IMG/VR virus record: IMGVR_UViG_3300037249_001000
Span: 75,540-139,539 of that record
Source: a virus
Taxonomy: Duplodnaviria; Caudoviricetes
Strand: one strand, 5' to 3'
DNA length: 64,000 bases
Position numbers and translations under genes: made by a program. How positions within the stretch are numbered: the stretch's first letter is position 1; the number at the start of each line of letters is the position of its first letter. Positions 25,603 through 35,344 of the stretch are shown here, in pieces. Below the pieces are notes generated by a model that ran no database searches, was not told the DNA's origin, and saw only the letters and a list, made by a program, of their open reading frames with translations.

Positions 25603-28059
25603 TTACAGACCATCTAAACCGAGGTCATCTCCGTCGTCACCATTTTCATCTTTAGGTTTAAGTTCATTATCTTTTGCAGCAATTTTAGCTTTCTTTTGTA
25701 AGTCGATCATAGATTGTAAATTAATCATTGGTAATTGCTCATCAGCTAATAATTTTTTAAATTCACGAATTTCTTCTTTAACAGATTCATTATCAGAATT
25801 TTCGCCATATAATAATGTAACCATAAATTCAGCAAATGATGTAAATGAATTAATTGCTTCAGATTTTGTATTATTTGATGTTTGTTTAGGTGGTTGAAGT
25901 GTAAATGTAAAATTTTCAATCAATGTTTCAGGAATTTGTGTAGAAGATCTCATTATCTTCTTATACCACTCTGTAATAGAAGAGTTAAAATCTAATTGAT
26001 AATTTACTACACGTCCATTAAACTTTGTATTATTTTGTTCTACAACTTTAGCAAAATCTGCTTCATTCATATAGTTAATTATAGCAGCAGGAACACCTGT
26101 ACCAAGAATATAACTATTTTTAAGATTTTCCATTAAGTCATTATTTAATTGAACATCTTGACCGCTTAAAATTTCTGTTTCAATAGGTCTATCACCACCA
26201 TTACCAACAGGAACATACATTTCACTACCAGATCCAACCTTATTAATCAATGTAGTATAGTTAAATAAATCATATATATTAATTTGACGAGATTGTTTAA
26301 TACGTGCAATCTCTTGAACTTTATTTGCTAAATTTTTATCTATACCACTTGTTTTGATATAGTTTACTTTCATATCATTACTATTTAAAATAATAGACAT
26401 AATTTTGAATAATAAAAGCATCAAGTATAATTTAGCATAGAATAAAGATTTCTTAATCATTGACTGCCCATATCCATCTTCATCTTCATCTATTTTAAAT
26501 TCTTGAATATATTCAACTGGGATATATTGAAACTTTAGTCTTTTCTCATTAAGATTATAATGTTGAATAGCTTCAACGATTGTTTTCTTAAACTTTTCAT
26601 TTTCTTTTAGAAACTGTTTATCAAAAGAACTTACTATAACTTTTGCAAGAGAGTCAATTACACTTTGTTCTCTTGAATTATCATTAAATTTAGTATAATA
26701 TAAATTTGAAGTTACTGCACCTGATAATGGTGTGATATCTTCAGTTTCAATGTAATAATATCCGATAATTTGAGACATAATCTTTATAGGTATTATATGT
26801 GTAGGATCTATCAACTTAATATAACAATCTGAAATATCATCAAAATTTTCTGTCTTACCTTTTTTCTTATCATCAGAAAATGTTACACCTTCTGCTGAAG
26901 AGTCTAATATTTGATTAAATTTATTTTTTGATTTTGACGATTTGGATTTCTTAGTCTTTCTTTCAGATTCAGTTAATATTTTACTACCGCTTTCGTTTAC
27001 ATATTCATGAGAAAGAAAACTTAATGAATCAATTCCTTCCTCAAATATAGGTAATGGAACTGAATCATTACAAACTGAAATATTACTTAAGATATTTTCA
27101 ATATCATTAATAAATGCTTCTTTATCAGGAAATTGTTCTTGGTTTGGATTAGCACTTTCCATACCCATTTTTTCCATAGATTTACTATACGAAGTTCTAT
27201 CTTTATTATTATTTCTTTTAGTTATTTCATTACAATATTCATTGTAAATGAGTTCGCTATATTTTATTCTTTTTTTATTTTTGATTTTTGTAGTTGAAAC
27301 TGATTCATGAATAATAAACTCATCATTATTATCACGTGAATTTACGTATTCCAACAATGTTTTTTCATGATACATTTTATTTTTACCATTTTGCTGATTC
27401 ACAAAATCATTAAATATTTTAGAATATGGAATTGTATATGCAAAATATTCACCATACTCAAGTGTACGAGGAATAACAAAATTTTTTAATTTTTCTCTTA
27501 GTTGAAAATCTTTCTCCATCTGTTCAACCAAAGGTATGTAATCTTCCATATCTTTGTCATCGCAATTTTCAAAAGCTAACGTACGTGACATACGACCTTC
27601 TACAACATCTGCTTGAATAACTGCATCTCTTGTAATATTAACTGCCTCGCTAAGTTCAATTAACTGGGATGCAATCTCATGTAAATCTGCTTGTTCAATC
27701 ATTCTATTTTTATATGTTTCTTGAATAAATTCTTGTAACATATTTTCATTATTCATAGAATTTTGAAATTGGTCAGATATAATAGTTTCCATCGCAGTTT
27801 GTTTTCTATCATTAGAAGTTAATTTAGACAAAAAAGATGATGCTGTATTATCACCTGATATATTATTTATTTCATTTTTCATCAACGATTGAAATGTTCT
27901 ATCAAGAGTATCAACATCTGATTCTCTATCTGTACCATATAGTACTAATTCAGCACTACCAATAGTATTAGAAAGTTGACGAAATATATTACGAAACTTT
28001 TTATCATTAGTTATTTTAGGAGTTTTTTCTTCCATTTGTTTTCTATTTGCTCTGGGCAT
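25603..28059 (-). CDS. Portal protein (T4 gp20-like)
   Basis: ELSEAVNITRD, LEYGEYF, GQSMIKKS, EMYVPVGNGGDRPIETEILSG, GVPAAI match T4-type portal motifs; late promoter at 28091..28102(-). Confidence 0.8.
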   Translation of the reverse strand: MPRANRKQMEEKTPKITNDKKFRNIFRQLSNTIGSAELVLYGTDRESDVDTLDRTFQSLMKNEINNISGDNTASSFLSKLTSNDRKQTAMETIISDQFQNSMNNENMLQEFIQETYKNRMIEQADLHEIASQLIELSEAVNITRDAVIQADVVEGRMSRTLAFENCDDKDMEDYIPLVEQMEKDFQLREKLKNFVIPRTLEYGEYFAYTIPYSKIFNDFVNQQNGKNKMYHEKTLLEYVNSRDNNDEFIIHESVSTTKIKNKKRIKYSELIYNEYCNEITKRNNNKDRTSYSKSMEKMGMESANPNQEQFPDKEAFINDIENILSNISVCNDSVPLPIFEEGIDSLSFLSHEYVNESGSKILTESERKTKKSKSSKSKNKFNQILDSSAEGVTFSDDKKKGKTENFDDISDCYIKLIDPTHIIPIKIMSQIIGYYYIETEDITPLSGAVTSNLYYTKFNDNSREQSVIDSLAKVIVSSFDKQFLKENEKFKKTIVEAIQHYNLNEKRLKFQYIPVEYIQEFKIDEDEDGYGQSMIKKSLFYAKLYLMLLLFKIMSIILNSNDMKVNYIKTSGIDKNLANKVQEIARIKQSRQINIYDLFNYTTLINKVGSGSEMYVPVGNGGDRPIETEILSGQDVQLNNDLMENLKNSYILGTGVPAAIINYMNEADFAKVVEQNNTKFNGRVVNYQLDFNSSITEWYKKIMRSSTQIPETLIENFTFTLQPPKQTSNNTKSEAINSFTSFAEFMVTLLYGENSDNESVKEEIREFKKLLADEQLPMINLQSMIDLQKKAKIAAKDNELKPKDENGDDGDDLGLDGL

Positions 28060-28174
28060 TTACATTCTCCTTTCATATTAATCTCACATTTAAAAAAATG
28101 TTTTCAGTAAGGGTTTTAAATAAAAAAAAATAAGACTATGAAGAATCACCAGAATTCTTCATAGTCTTTATTTC

Positions 28175-28426
28175 TTATTTATTATTTTGAAGATATGAAC
28201 TCCATAAGCACATATCTGGATTGTCCATCTCCCTATACAACGAACTCATACGTTGCCATACGATGTATAAGTTATCTGATGTATAAATGGAGCCTGTAAG
28301 TAATTCCTTACAAAAATCAACAGCTTTTTCGGCTGTCTGAACAATCGCTATAGTCTCCATATAATAATTTCTACCAGTAGTTGACACGATATCTATTTTT
28401 CTCTGAATAGCAAAACATTCTGTCAT
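28175..28426 (-). CDS. Small hypothetical early protein
   Basis: Same AAGGAGGAATTAATTATGACA start context as the 23470 gene; early motif at 28455..28500(-). Confidence 0.6.
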   Translation of the reverse strand: MTECFAIQRKIDIVSTTGRNYYMETIAIVQTAEKAVDFCKELLTGSIYTSDNLYIVWQRMSSLYREMDNPDMCLWSSYLQNNK

Positions 28427-28454
28427 AATTAATTCCTCCTTTATAATATTTTTT

Positions 28455-28500
28455 ATTATGACACAAAAATAATATATCAATATATATATTAAAAATACGG
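28455..28500 (-). promoter_or_regulatory. Putative early promoter (extended motif)
   Basis: Near-perfect reverse-complement copy of 2666..2711. Confidence 0.72.
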
Positions 28501-28532
28501 ATAAAGAATATAATATCCTTTATCCGTATTAA

Positions 28533-29153
28533 TTATTCTAATGGTATGAATAAATATCTCATATTTAATTGGAAATACTCATAATGAAATTCAAATAATA
28601 ATTGATGTAGTTCATTATTCCCATTATAGTTATCTATATATGAATAGAATAAACTATTAAATGTTTTTTCAGTTAATAGTGGAAATAATGTTTTACTTAT
28701 AACAACTGATGTCTGTCCACATACATCTTGATTTTCATCATACGTATTAACTGTAAATATTATTGATTCTGAATTAAATAATGCTTTCTTTTCATCTTCA
28801 TTAAAATGTAAATAATCCCAATGTAATTCAGATGTATCAGTTTCAAATTTATTTTTATATTCAGTTAATTTATTAATTATTTTCTTTTTTTCATTTTGAT
28901 CAGATATAAAGCTAATTAAATCCATATTATCTTTAGCATTACGTACAGAATTAACATGGATTATATCAGTACCATTTGGATTTAATTTACGACATAACTC
29001 CATTATATCAGGTTCTAATATACAATAATAATATCCCCTAGTAGTTTCATCTGATTTATCTCCAGGTAATACATAATAATTGTATATAATATAAAAATCC
29101 GTAAAGAAGTTTGATAACTTAACAAATAAATCTCTTATAGTTTTCTTAGCCAT
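28533..29153 (-). CDS. Hypothetical protein downstream of DNA polymerase
   Basis: 206-aa ORF, closely coupled to the polymerase gene. Confidence 0.6.
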   Translation of the reverse strand: MAKKTIRDLFVKLSNFFTDFYIIYNYYVLPGDKSDETTRGYYYCILEPDIMELCRKLNPNGTDIIHVNSVRNAKDNMDLISFISDQNEKKKIINKLTEYKNKFETDTSELHWDYLHFNEDEKKALFNSESIIFTVNTYDENQDVCGQTSVVISKTLFPLLTEKTFNSLFYSYIDNYNGNNELHQLLFEFHYEYFQLNMRYLFIPLE

Positions 29154-29157
29154 AATA

Positions 29158-30969
29158 TCACCCTAATTTCTTTTTTAATTCTGTATATATTTCTGATGCT
29201 GATGGAAGATTTAACCATTTATTACCAGTAGTAATATAATCACCAGTTTGGAAGTTATCAATAACTTCTTTAGCAACATCATCGGAAAAACTATCATTAT
29301 TTTCTTCTACAAGTTGGAAATCTGTAATACCGTTAAATTTAATATCTCCACCACGAACATCATATTGGTCACATGGAAGTATCATTTTAAATATTAATGT
29401 AGATGGGTCAATATTCATTTCGAATATTGTTGACGGATAGAATGCTGTCATATCCATATCAATAGAATATCTAAAAATATTATTTGATTTATGATTGAAT
29501 AATTTCATACCGAAATTATCTATTAGTAATGGATTACCAACAAGAGCACCCTCAAACTTTGAATCCTCATCGTCTTCATTATCTTTTTCTTTATTATCTT
29601 TACCATTATATAGAATAGCATTTACGTTTTGACCTGGAATCATACCATTATCAAGATAAAATAAATACTGAACATTTCTTAATTTTACAGTTTGTTTAAA
29701 CTCATTTTCATATGGAGTTATATTTTGATATGATGTAAAATAATAAGTATATACATCGGTAGTTCGTTCTTCAATACCTTTTTGAAGAAGTACGTCCTTT
29801 ATGTTATACAATACATACATTAACCAATTTCTATAACCGAGAGTTTTCAAACTACCCTCTTCTGAATAATCTAACTTTTCGTCGCCAATTTCTCTCTTAG
29901 CAATATAAGTTAATTTATTGGAACGTAATTCTTGTTGACCTTTTCGTATTGCTGCATATACAATCATTTGGTCAAAGAATACGGTATATGATGAAATTTT
30001 AAAAAAATCAGATTTATTTTTAACTGCAAAATTTATTGTATCTTTTTTAAAATAACATTCTTTAACAGGAAAATCAGGATGGCACATTATTTCTTTTGTG
30101 TCATATCCAAGAGTTTCTATACGATTAATAATATATGGAATATCAAACGATATATTCCATACACCAACAAAATCTAATTTCAATTGATTAATCAATTGAA
30201 ATAAATGAGATAACATTTTTATTTCATCTTTATAGAAATAAAAATTATATATCATATCAGGATATGATTCATCAAATTTTTCATGTGCTTCTCTTTTAAG
30301 TTCTTCAATATTATTTAAATAATATTCTTCAGTTTCATGTCGTGTTTTATATAAATTTCTTTTAAAATCATCATTACTATTACATTTTCTATCAACTAAA
30401 ATAAATGTATACGATTTATTATGAGTTATATCTATAAATGTAACTAAATCTATTGGGTCAAATACTGGATTAGGAAAACCTGTAGATTCCAATGTATCAA
30501 CCTCAATATCTAAAAATCCAATTGATAAATTTTTTGGTCTATCATTATTAAAATATTTCATCCACTGATATCTATACCACGTTCTAATATCATAATCAGC
30601 ACCATATACATATGGGTACATCATAAATTCTTTTAATCCTTTATAATTATGAGTTGTAAAACAATCTTGTAATTTTTGTTTTCCTCTATCACCCATATCG
30701 TTTGCTATTTCATAAATTATATCTTTATAAACAACAGTTTTCTTTTCAACCATATCAATAGTTGCATAATTCTTATTATTTAAATGATTTCTAAATTCAG
30801 GCTTTTCAAAATAAATATCCATTTTAGGTTCTTCTATAGTCTGCATATATTTTTCATCAGTATCAATATCTTTCCAAATAAGATATAAATAATCTTTTGT
30901 TCCATTCTTTTTATTTGCTTTAATATATTGAACATCTAATAACATAGATGATTCTTTATTGATTTTCAT
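29158..30969 (-). CDS. Family B DNA polymerase, N-terminal subunit of a split enzyme
   Basis: ExoI DIEVD, ExoII WNISFDIPYI, ExoIII YNIKDV, FEGALV, motif A DMTAFYPS; motifs B and C absent. Confidence 0.88.
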   Translation of the reverse strand: MKINKESSMLLDVQYIKANKKNGTKDYLYLIWKDIDTDEKYMQTIEEPKMDIYFEKPEFRNHLNNKNYATIDMVEKKTVVYKDIIYEIANDMGDRGKQKLQDCFTTHNYKGLKEFMMYPYVYGADYDIRTWYRYQWMKYFNNDRPKNLSIGFLDIEVDTLESTGFPNPVFDPIDLVTFIDITHNKSYTFILVDRKCNSNDDFKRNLYKTRHETEEYYLNNIEELKREAHEKFDESYPDMIYNFYFYKDEIKMLSHLFQLINQLKLDFVGVWNISFDIPYIINRIETLGYDTKEIMCHPDFPVKECYFKKDTINFAVKNKSDFFKISSYTVFFDQMIVYAAIRKGQQELRSNKLTYIAKREIGDEKLDYSEEGSLKTLGYRNWLMYVLYNIKDVLLQKGIEERTTDVYTYYFTSYQNITPYENEFKQTVKLRNVQYLFYLDNGMIPGQNVNAILYNGKDNKEKDNEDDEDSKFEGALVGNPLLIDNFGMKLFNHKSNNIFRYSIDMDMTAFYPSTIFEMNIDPSTLIFKMILPCDQYDVRGGDIKFNGITDFQLVEENNDSFSDDVAKEVIDNFQTGDYITTGNKWLNLPSASEIYTELKKKLG

Positions 30970-31205
30970 ATTTAACGTCCTTTCTTTTTAATGTTAATTT
31001 GGTGTTTTTAAAAAAATAACATATTATTAATTGGCGGTATCATGAGTACAGAATAAGATGAGATAAACTTTTTTAATGTTTATCTCATCTTATATTTATT
31101 TAATGTTTATTCAGGATGTTTTTCATTCCATTCTTTAACTAACTCAAGAATTTTTCTATTACATTCACAGATATCTGAATAAGAATTCATAATCACCGAC
31201 CTTAT

Positions 31206-31664
31206 CTATAAATTCAATTCTTTGAAAATCTTTTTTAAGTTCTCATTTTTAATTATATTTAATTTTAATAAATTAGAAACAAAATCAATTAAAAGAACGT
31301 TAGATAACTCAATAAATTCAATATCAATATCAGCATTTTTTAATAATTTAAAATTAAATATATATTCATATTTTTCAATTTCGTCTAATAAATCAGTACT
31401 TTCTAATTCTATTGGTTCACAACAATAATTTACTATCATATCATAGAATTCTTCAAATAAATCAAACTCTCCTAATGAACTTGTATCCACATTTTCAGTT
31501 TCCAATAATTTTAATAAATTTTTGTAATTATTAATATACTGAATTAAACCAAACGCAATTTTTTTACGTTTTTTCTTAATTGATAGAGATATAAATTTGT
31601 AAATAATCAAAAATATTAACCATGCTGATATAACAGTGATAATGAAAATTATGTCGATATTCAT
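31206..31664 (-). CDS. Hypothetical membrane-anchored protein
   Basis: N-terminal hydrophobic helix followed by KKKRKK; strong RBS. Confidence 0.6.
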   Translation of the reverse strand: MNIDIIFIITVISAWLIFLIIYKFISLSIKKKRKKIAFGLIQYINNYKNLLKLLETENVDTSSLGEFDLFEEFYDMIVNYCCEPIELESTDLLDEIEKYEYIFNFKLLKNADIDIEFIELSNVLLIDFVSNLLKLNIIKNENLKKIFKELNL

Positions 31665-31876
31665 TTGTATACCTCTCCTTTATTCTAAACATTAATATAA
31701 CTCAATACTATGTATTGAATATTTAACTTGATTAGCTCATAGTTTTTCACCTCTTTTTGTAATTTTGATTGCTACTATAATAGTATATTGTCTATACTGA
31801 AATAATAATATATAATCAAGTTAAATATAAAAAAAAGAAAGTCACTCTGATGTTTTATATCAGAGTGACCTCATAC

Positions 31877-32077
31877 TCAAGCAGCATTACTAATATACTG
31901 CTTGAGTATTTTCATAATATCGAGCAGCTCATCGAATGTGAGCTGCTCGATATCTGTTCGTCCATCGATGAGCTTATTCAACTCATCACCCAGCTCATCA
32001 TCAACGGAAGATGCGTTGTTGTTCATTATTATAATGAACGACAACATAGATATTAAATTTTTAATATCTTGTAGCAT
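31877..32077 (-). CDS. Small hypothetical early protein
   Basis: AAAGGAGGTG RBS; early motif at about 32107..32150(-). Confidence 0.55.
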   Translation of the reverse strand: MLQDIKNLISMLSFIIIMNNNASSVDDELGDELNKLIDGRTDIEQLTFDELLDIMKILKQYISNAA

Positions 32078-32209
32078 AATAACACCTCCTTTCTTTATAT
32101 TTTATTATTATGCTACAAAAATAATATATAAATATATATATTAAAAATACAATAAATAAAAATAGATACTAAAAACAGAAAAATAATTTATATTGAACGA
32201 GGTGAAAAT

Positions 32210-33220
32210 ATGAGTGATAAAAATGATTTTGATTCATTGGTTCCTGGTAATAAAAAAAGTAAAAGAGAAAAAATACTGGAGCAACTTGATGAACTAGATA
32301 ATGAAGAAATAATACCTCAAAAAACTACAGAAAATAATTCTTCAAATTTTTTACCATCTTCACTTTCTCCTAAGAAAAAAAAGAAAAACACTCAACCTCA
32401 AAAAACAGAGGATGAGTGGTTTAATGATTTGATAGAAACATCAGAATTAAGAGTAACAACTGGAAAAAGAAAATCAATGTTTGATGATGTTTTTAATCCT
32501 GATGGGAAGAAGAAAAAGAAGAAAAAGAAAAATAAAAATGAACCAACAGATTATGAAAAAAAGTTTGAACCTGAAGCCGCTTTATTAAGAAGCTTATTGA
32601 TTGACCAAAACAAGTTTGTTGATTCATTGCAAAAAGAATATGATTTTCTTAAAAGTAATAAATCTACTTCAAGAGGAATTAATAAAAATATTACGGATCT
32701 TATTAGTAATATAACTAATGCTAGAAATTTATCAATGCAATTAATTGATAAAAATACATCACTTAAAAAGACTATTGCAGATTTAACAATGAAGGAACGT
32801 AAAGAATTGTTTGGTAATTCATTAGATGATGTTGAAAATCTTAATGATTTTGCATCTACATATTTAAAACAAATGATTTCTGAAAGGCATCAATTGATGG
32901 CAGGAACAAATTCGGATATATCTGATTATTCAATTGATGAGATGGCTAGTATTGTTAGTGATACATTACTTAATTCTGAGGATGCTGAAGAGCGTAGTGA
33001 TGAAACTAGAAAATATTTAGAATATGAAAATAGAAACGTAACAGTATATGTTTATATGAATCCCTCTGATGAAACAGATTATGATTACGTTGCAATTGAT
33101 GAAAACGGTGATGAACTAGATGATTATCCTTTACCGTTTAAAGGAAAACTAACCGTTAATAGATCTACTAATATGGCAACTGATATTTATGGTCAGAAGT
33201 ATATAATCAGATGGAGATAG
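32210..33220 (+). CDS. Hypothetical late protein with lysine tracts
   Basis: 336-aa ORF; AACA-N6-TA at 32174..32185. Confidence 0.65.
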   Translation: MSDKNDFDSLVPGNKKSKREKILEQLDELDNEEIIPQKTTENNSSNFLPSSLSPKKKKKNTQPQKTEDEWFNDLIETSELRVTTGKRKSMFDDVFNPDGKKKKKKKKNKNEPTDYEKKFEPEAALLRSLLIDQNKFVDSLQKEYDFLKSNKSTSRGINKNITDLISNITNARNLSMQLIDKNTSLKKTIADLTMKERKELFGNSLDDVENLNDFASTYLKQMISERHQLMAGTNSDISDYSIDEMASIVSDTLLNSEDAEERSDETRKYLEYENRNVTVYVYMNPSDETDYDYVAIDENGDELDDYPLPFKGKLTVNRSTNMATDIYGQKYIIRWR

Positions 33221-33223
33221 AGA

Positions 33224-33259
33224 ATAAGAAGATACAGAAAACTGTATCTTCTTATTCTT
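33224..33259. terminator. Bidirectional terminator
   Basis: AGAATAAGAAGATACAG/CTGTATCTTCTTATTCT inverted repeat between convergent genes. Confidence 0.7.
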
Positions 33260-34130
33260 AATTTTCGATCATTGGCATGTAACCTGATATATTGATGTAT
33301 ATTCCACATTTTTTCATAATATATGCAAATGAATCAGAATCTGCAATTTTATTTATTCCGTTTAACTCGACTGTAACATTATTGATTGTATCGAAAGAAT
33401 ATTGATTTTCATTGTATGTTATATTTGTTGTGTTTTTAATTGGTGTTGACCCAACAAATGTGTTTGTAAATTCTTTTAAATTAGATTTTTTACTAATCTG
33501 AATATTAAATGAATCTGATAAAATAGGAACTGGTAATTTAAAATTATTTAGTGTTAGTGTATCCATATATGTAACAGTTCTATCATAATCGAAGTTTGAA
33601 TAACAAATATATGTATCAATATTATTTCTTTTCCGTACAACATAATTACATATAGGAATAAATGTTTGTGCTGTAATAAAACCATCAGAACTAACTCTAC
33701 AATTCCATGTATATTCATGTGATGATAGTCTATCCGTTACAATATTAATATGAGGTACATTTGATTCTGTTGATTCACCATAAATAAATAAACAGCTATC
33801 ATTATGACCATCATCATTCATATCTATTGTATGATATTTGAATGTTGATGTTGAATATTTGGTATATGTATTACCAATATTATTTTTAAAGTAAATATAA
33901 TTTTGATCATCTATTAGTATTTTTCTTTTATTTACTAAATTAATTTTATAAATCATTGAATTTACGTTAATAATTTCACATTCATCATCATTCATAATAG
34001 TTTTGATATATGGTTGTAATGTTGTATTGCTATCCCATACTATATCTTCTCCACGAACTTTAACAAAAAATGGAATGTAAGACCCGTCCGAAGTAGGGAC
34101 TGTTATAAACCCACTAGGTATATCTATCAT
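33258..34130 (-). CDS. Hypothetical, probably virion protein
   Basis: 290-aa ORF in a late unit. Confidence 0.55.
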   Translation of the reverse strand: MIDIPSGFITVPTSDGSYIPFFVKVRGEDIVWDSNTTLQPYIKTIMNDDECEIINVNSMIYKINLVNKRKILIDDQNYIYFKNNIGNTYTKYSTSTFKYHTIDMNDDGHNDSCLFIYGESTESNVPHINIVTDRLSSHEYTWNCRVSSDGFITAQTFIPICNYVVRKRNNIDTYICYSNFDYDRTVTYMDTLTLNNFKLPVPILSDSFNIQISKKSNLKEFTNTFVGSTPIKNTTNITYNENQYSFDTINNVTVELNGINKIADSDSFAYIMKKCGIYINISGYMPMIEN

Positions 34131-34148
34131 AATTTATACCTCCCATTC

Positions 34149-35114
34149 TTAAACAATTTTACTTAATTCATTATAAAAAATATTAGAACCACTAATATTT
34201 TTTATAATATCATTAATAATCGGTTGATTTACCAAGAAGCTACCATTATATGCACAAATAAGTACAAATAAAAAATATGGAAACGTATCCATACTCAATG
34301 TGGCAGGAATCTTAAAATTATTAATATAACATTCAACGAAATAACGTGTAGTAAGTTTAGCCATTCTAGGAGAGAATTTAGATATGAATGTGATTAATTC
34401 AGATATATCATCAATACCAGCAGATGTATATTGATCATCAACTAATCTTAAATTCATTTTGTTTGGTGATATAATATTTTGACAAGCATAATTGAAAATT
34501 AAATCTTTATTAGCACATTCCCAAACTTTTTCTAAATAAAATCTTGAAATAATAAATGAAACACTGTTATACAATTCTTGATCCATAGAAAGAGCGAATT
34601 CTTTATTAAGAATTCTAAGCATCATAGAAGTGTATATATTAGATGTTAATCTCATTAAACCTGTTGACCTATTGATTGTTGTGCCATTATCATAATATTT
34701 TAATGCAAGATAAGCTCCTTCCATTAAAACATATAAATCTTTCATCGGTATATTTAAAATTTTACCACCATATGCTTCTCCATTATCACTAATTGTACCA
34801 AATTTATTTACAAAAATAAGTGCTTTATTATTACTACCTGTTTTAATAACAACAAATGGAATAGCTTGAGAAACTATAACAGTGTCTGAATAAAGTAAAA
34901 TAATATCCCCATGTTCAAATGCTAATAAAACCTTTTCAACTAATGGTGAAAATCTCGTTCTTTTTATTTGAAGAATCTGCTCTTCAATATATGAAGAATC
35001 TAATCGTTTTCCAGTTTTATATGCTTCACTAATACGAAGTGTAACACTTTTATTAGTATTAAACATTGAATATATATAAGAGTCACTTAAAGCTGATTCG
35101 GAAACATAATTCAT
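34149..35114 (-). CDS. Hypothetical, probably virion protein
   Basis: ORF with AAAGGAG RBS; late promoter at 35148..35159(-). Confidence 0.6.
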   Translation of the reverse strand: MNYVSESALSDSYIYSMFNTNKSVTLRISEAYKTGKRLDSSYIEEQILQIKRTRFSPLVEKVLLAFEHGDIILLYSDTVIVSQAIPFVVIKTGSNNKALIFVNKFGTISDNGEAYGGKILNIPMKDLYVLMEGAYLALKYYDNGTTINRSTGLMRLTSNIYTSMMLRILNKEFALSMDQELYNSVSFIISRFYLEKVWECANKDLIFNYACQNIISPNKMNLRLVDDQYTSAGIDDISELITFISKFSPRMAKLTTRYFVECYINNFKIPATLSMDTFPYFLFVLICAYNGSFLVNQPIINDIIKNISGSNIFYNELSKIV

Positions 35115-35344
35115 GTTATATTCTCCTTTCATTAGTTTATAAACTATTAAGGGAATGTTTTAAGGTAGACTATTTAATCAAAAAAAAGAAAGATATTTAT
35201 AATAAATATCTTTCTTTGTAGTTATGTTAGTACTAATTAATGGAATTCCTCATAATTAATCCTATCTATAAACAGTTTATACTTATCTTAAAAACAATGA
35301 TATAAAATGACTGTCATACAAATTTATAGAGAGGAGGAATTATA

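Noticed and set aside
29158-30969. Truncated DNA polymerase pseudogene
   Set aside because: Split family-B polymerases are normal in phiKZ/AR9-like phages; the gene ends cleanly and is coupled to the next ORF
31108-31208. Amber readthrough fusing 31206..31664 to the next small ORF
   Set aside because: The frames match, but the small ORF has its own SD-like sequence, and a frame match has a one-in-three chance
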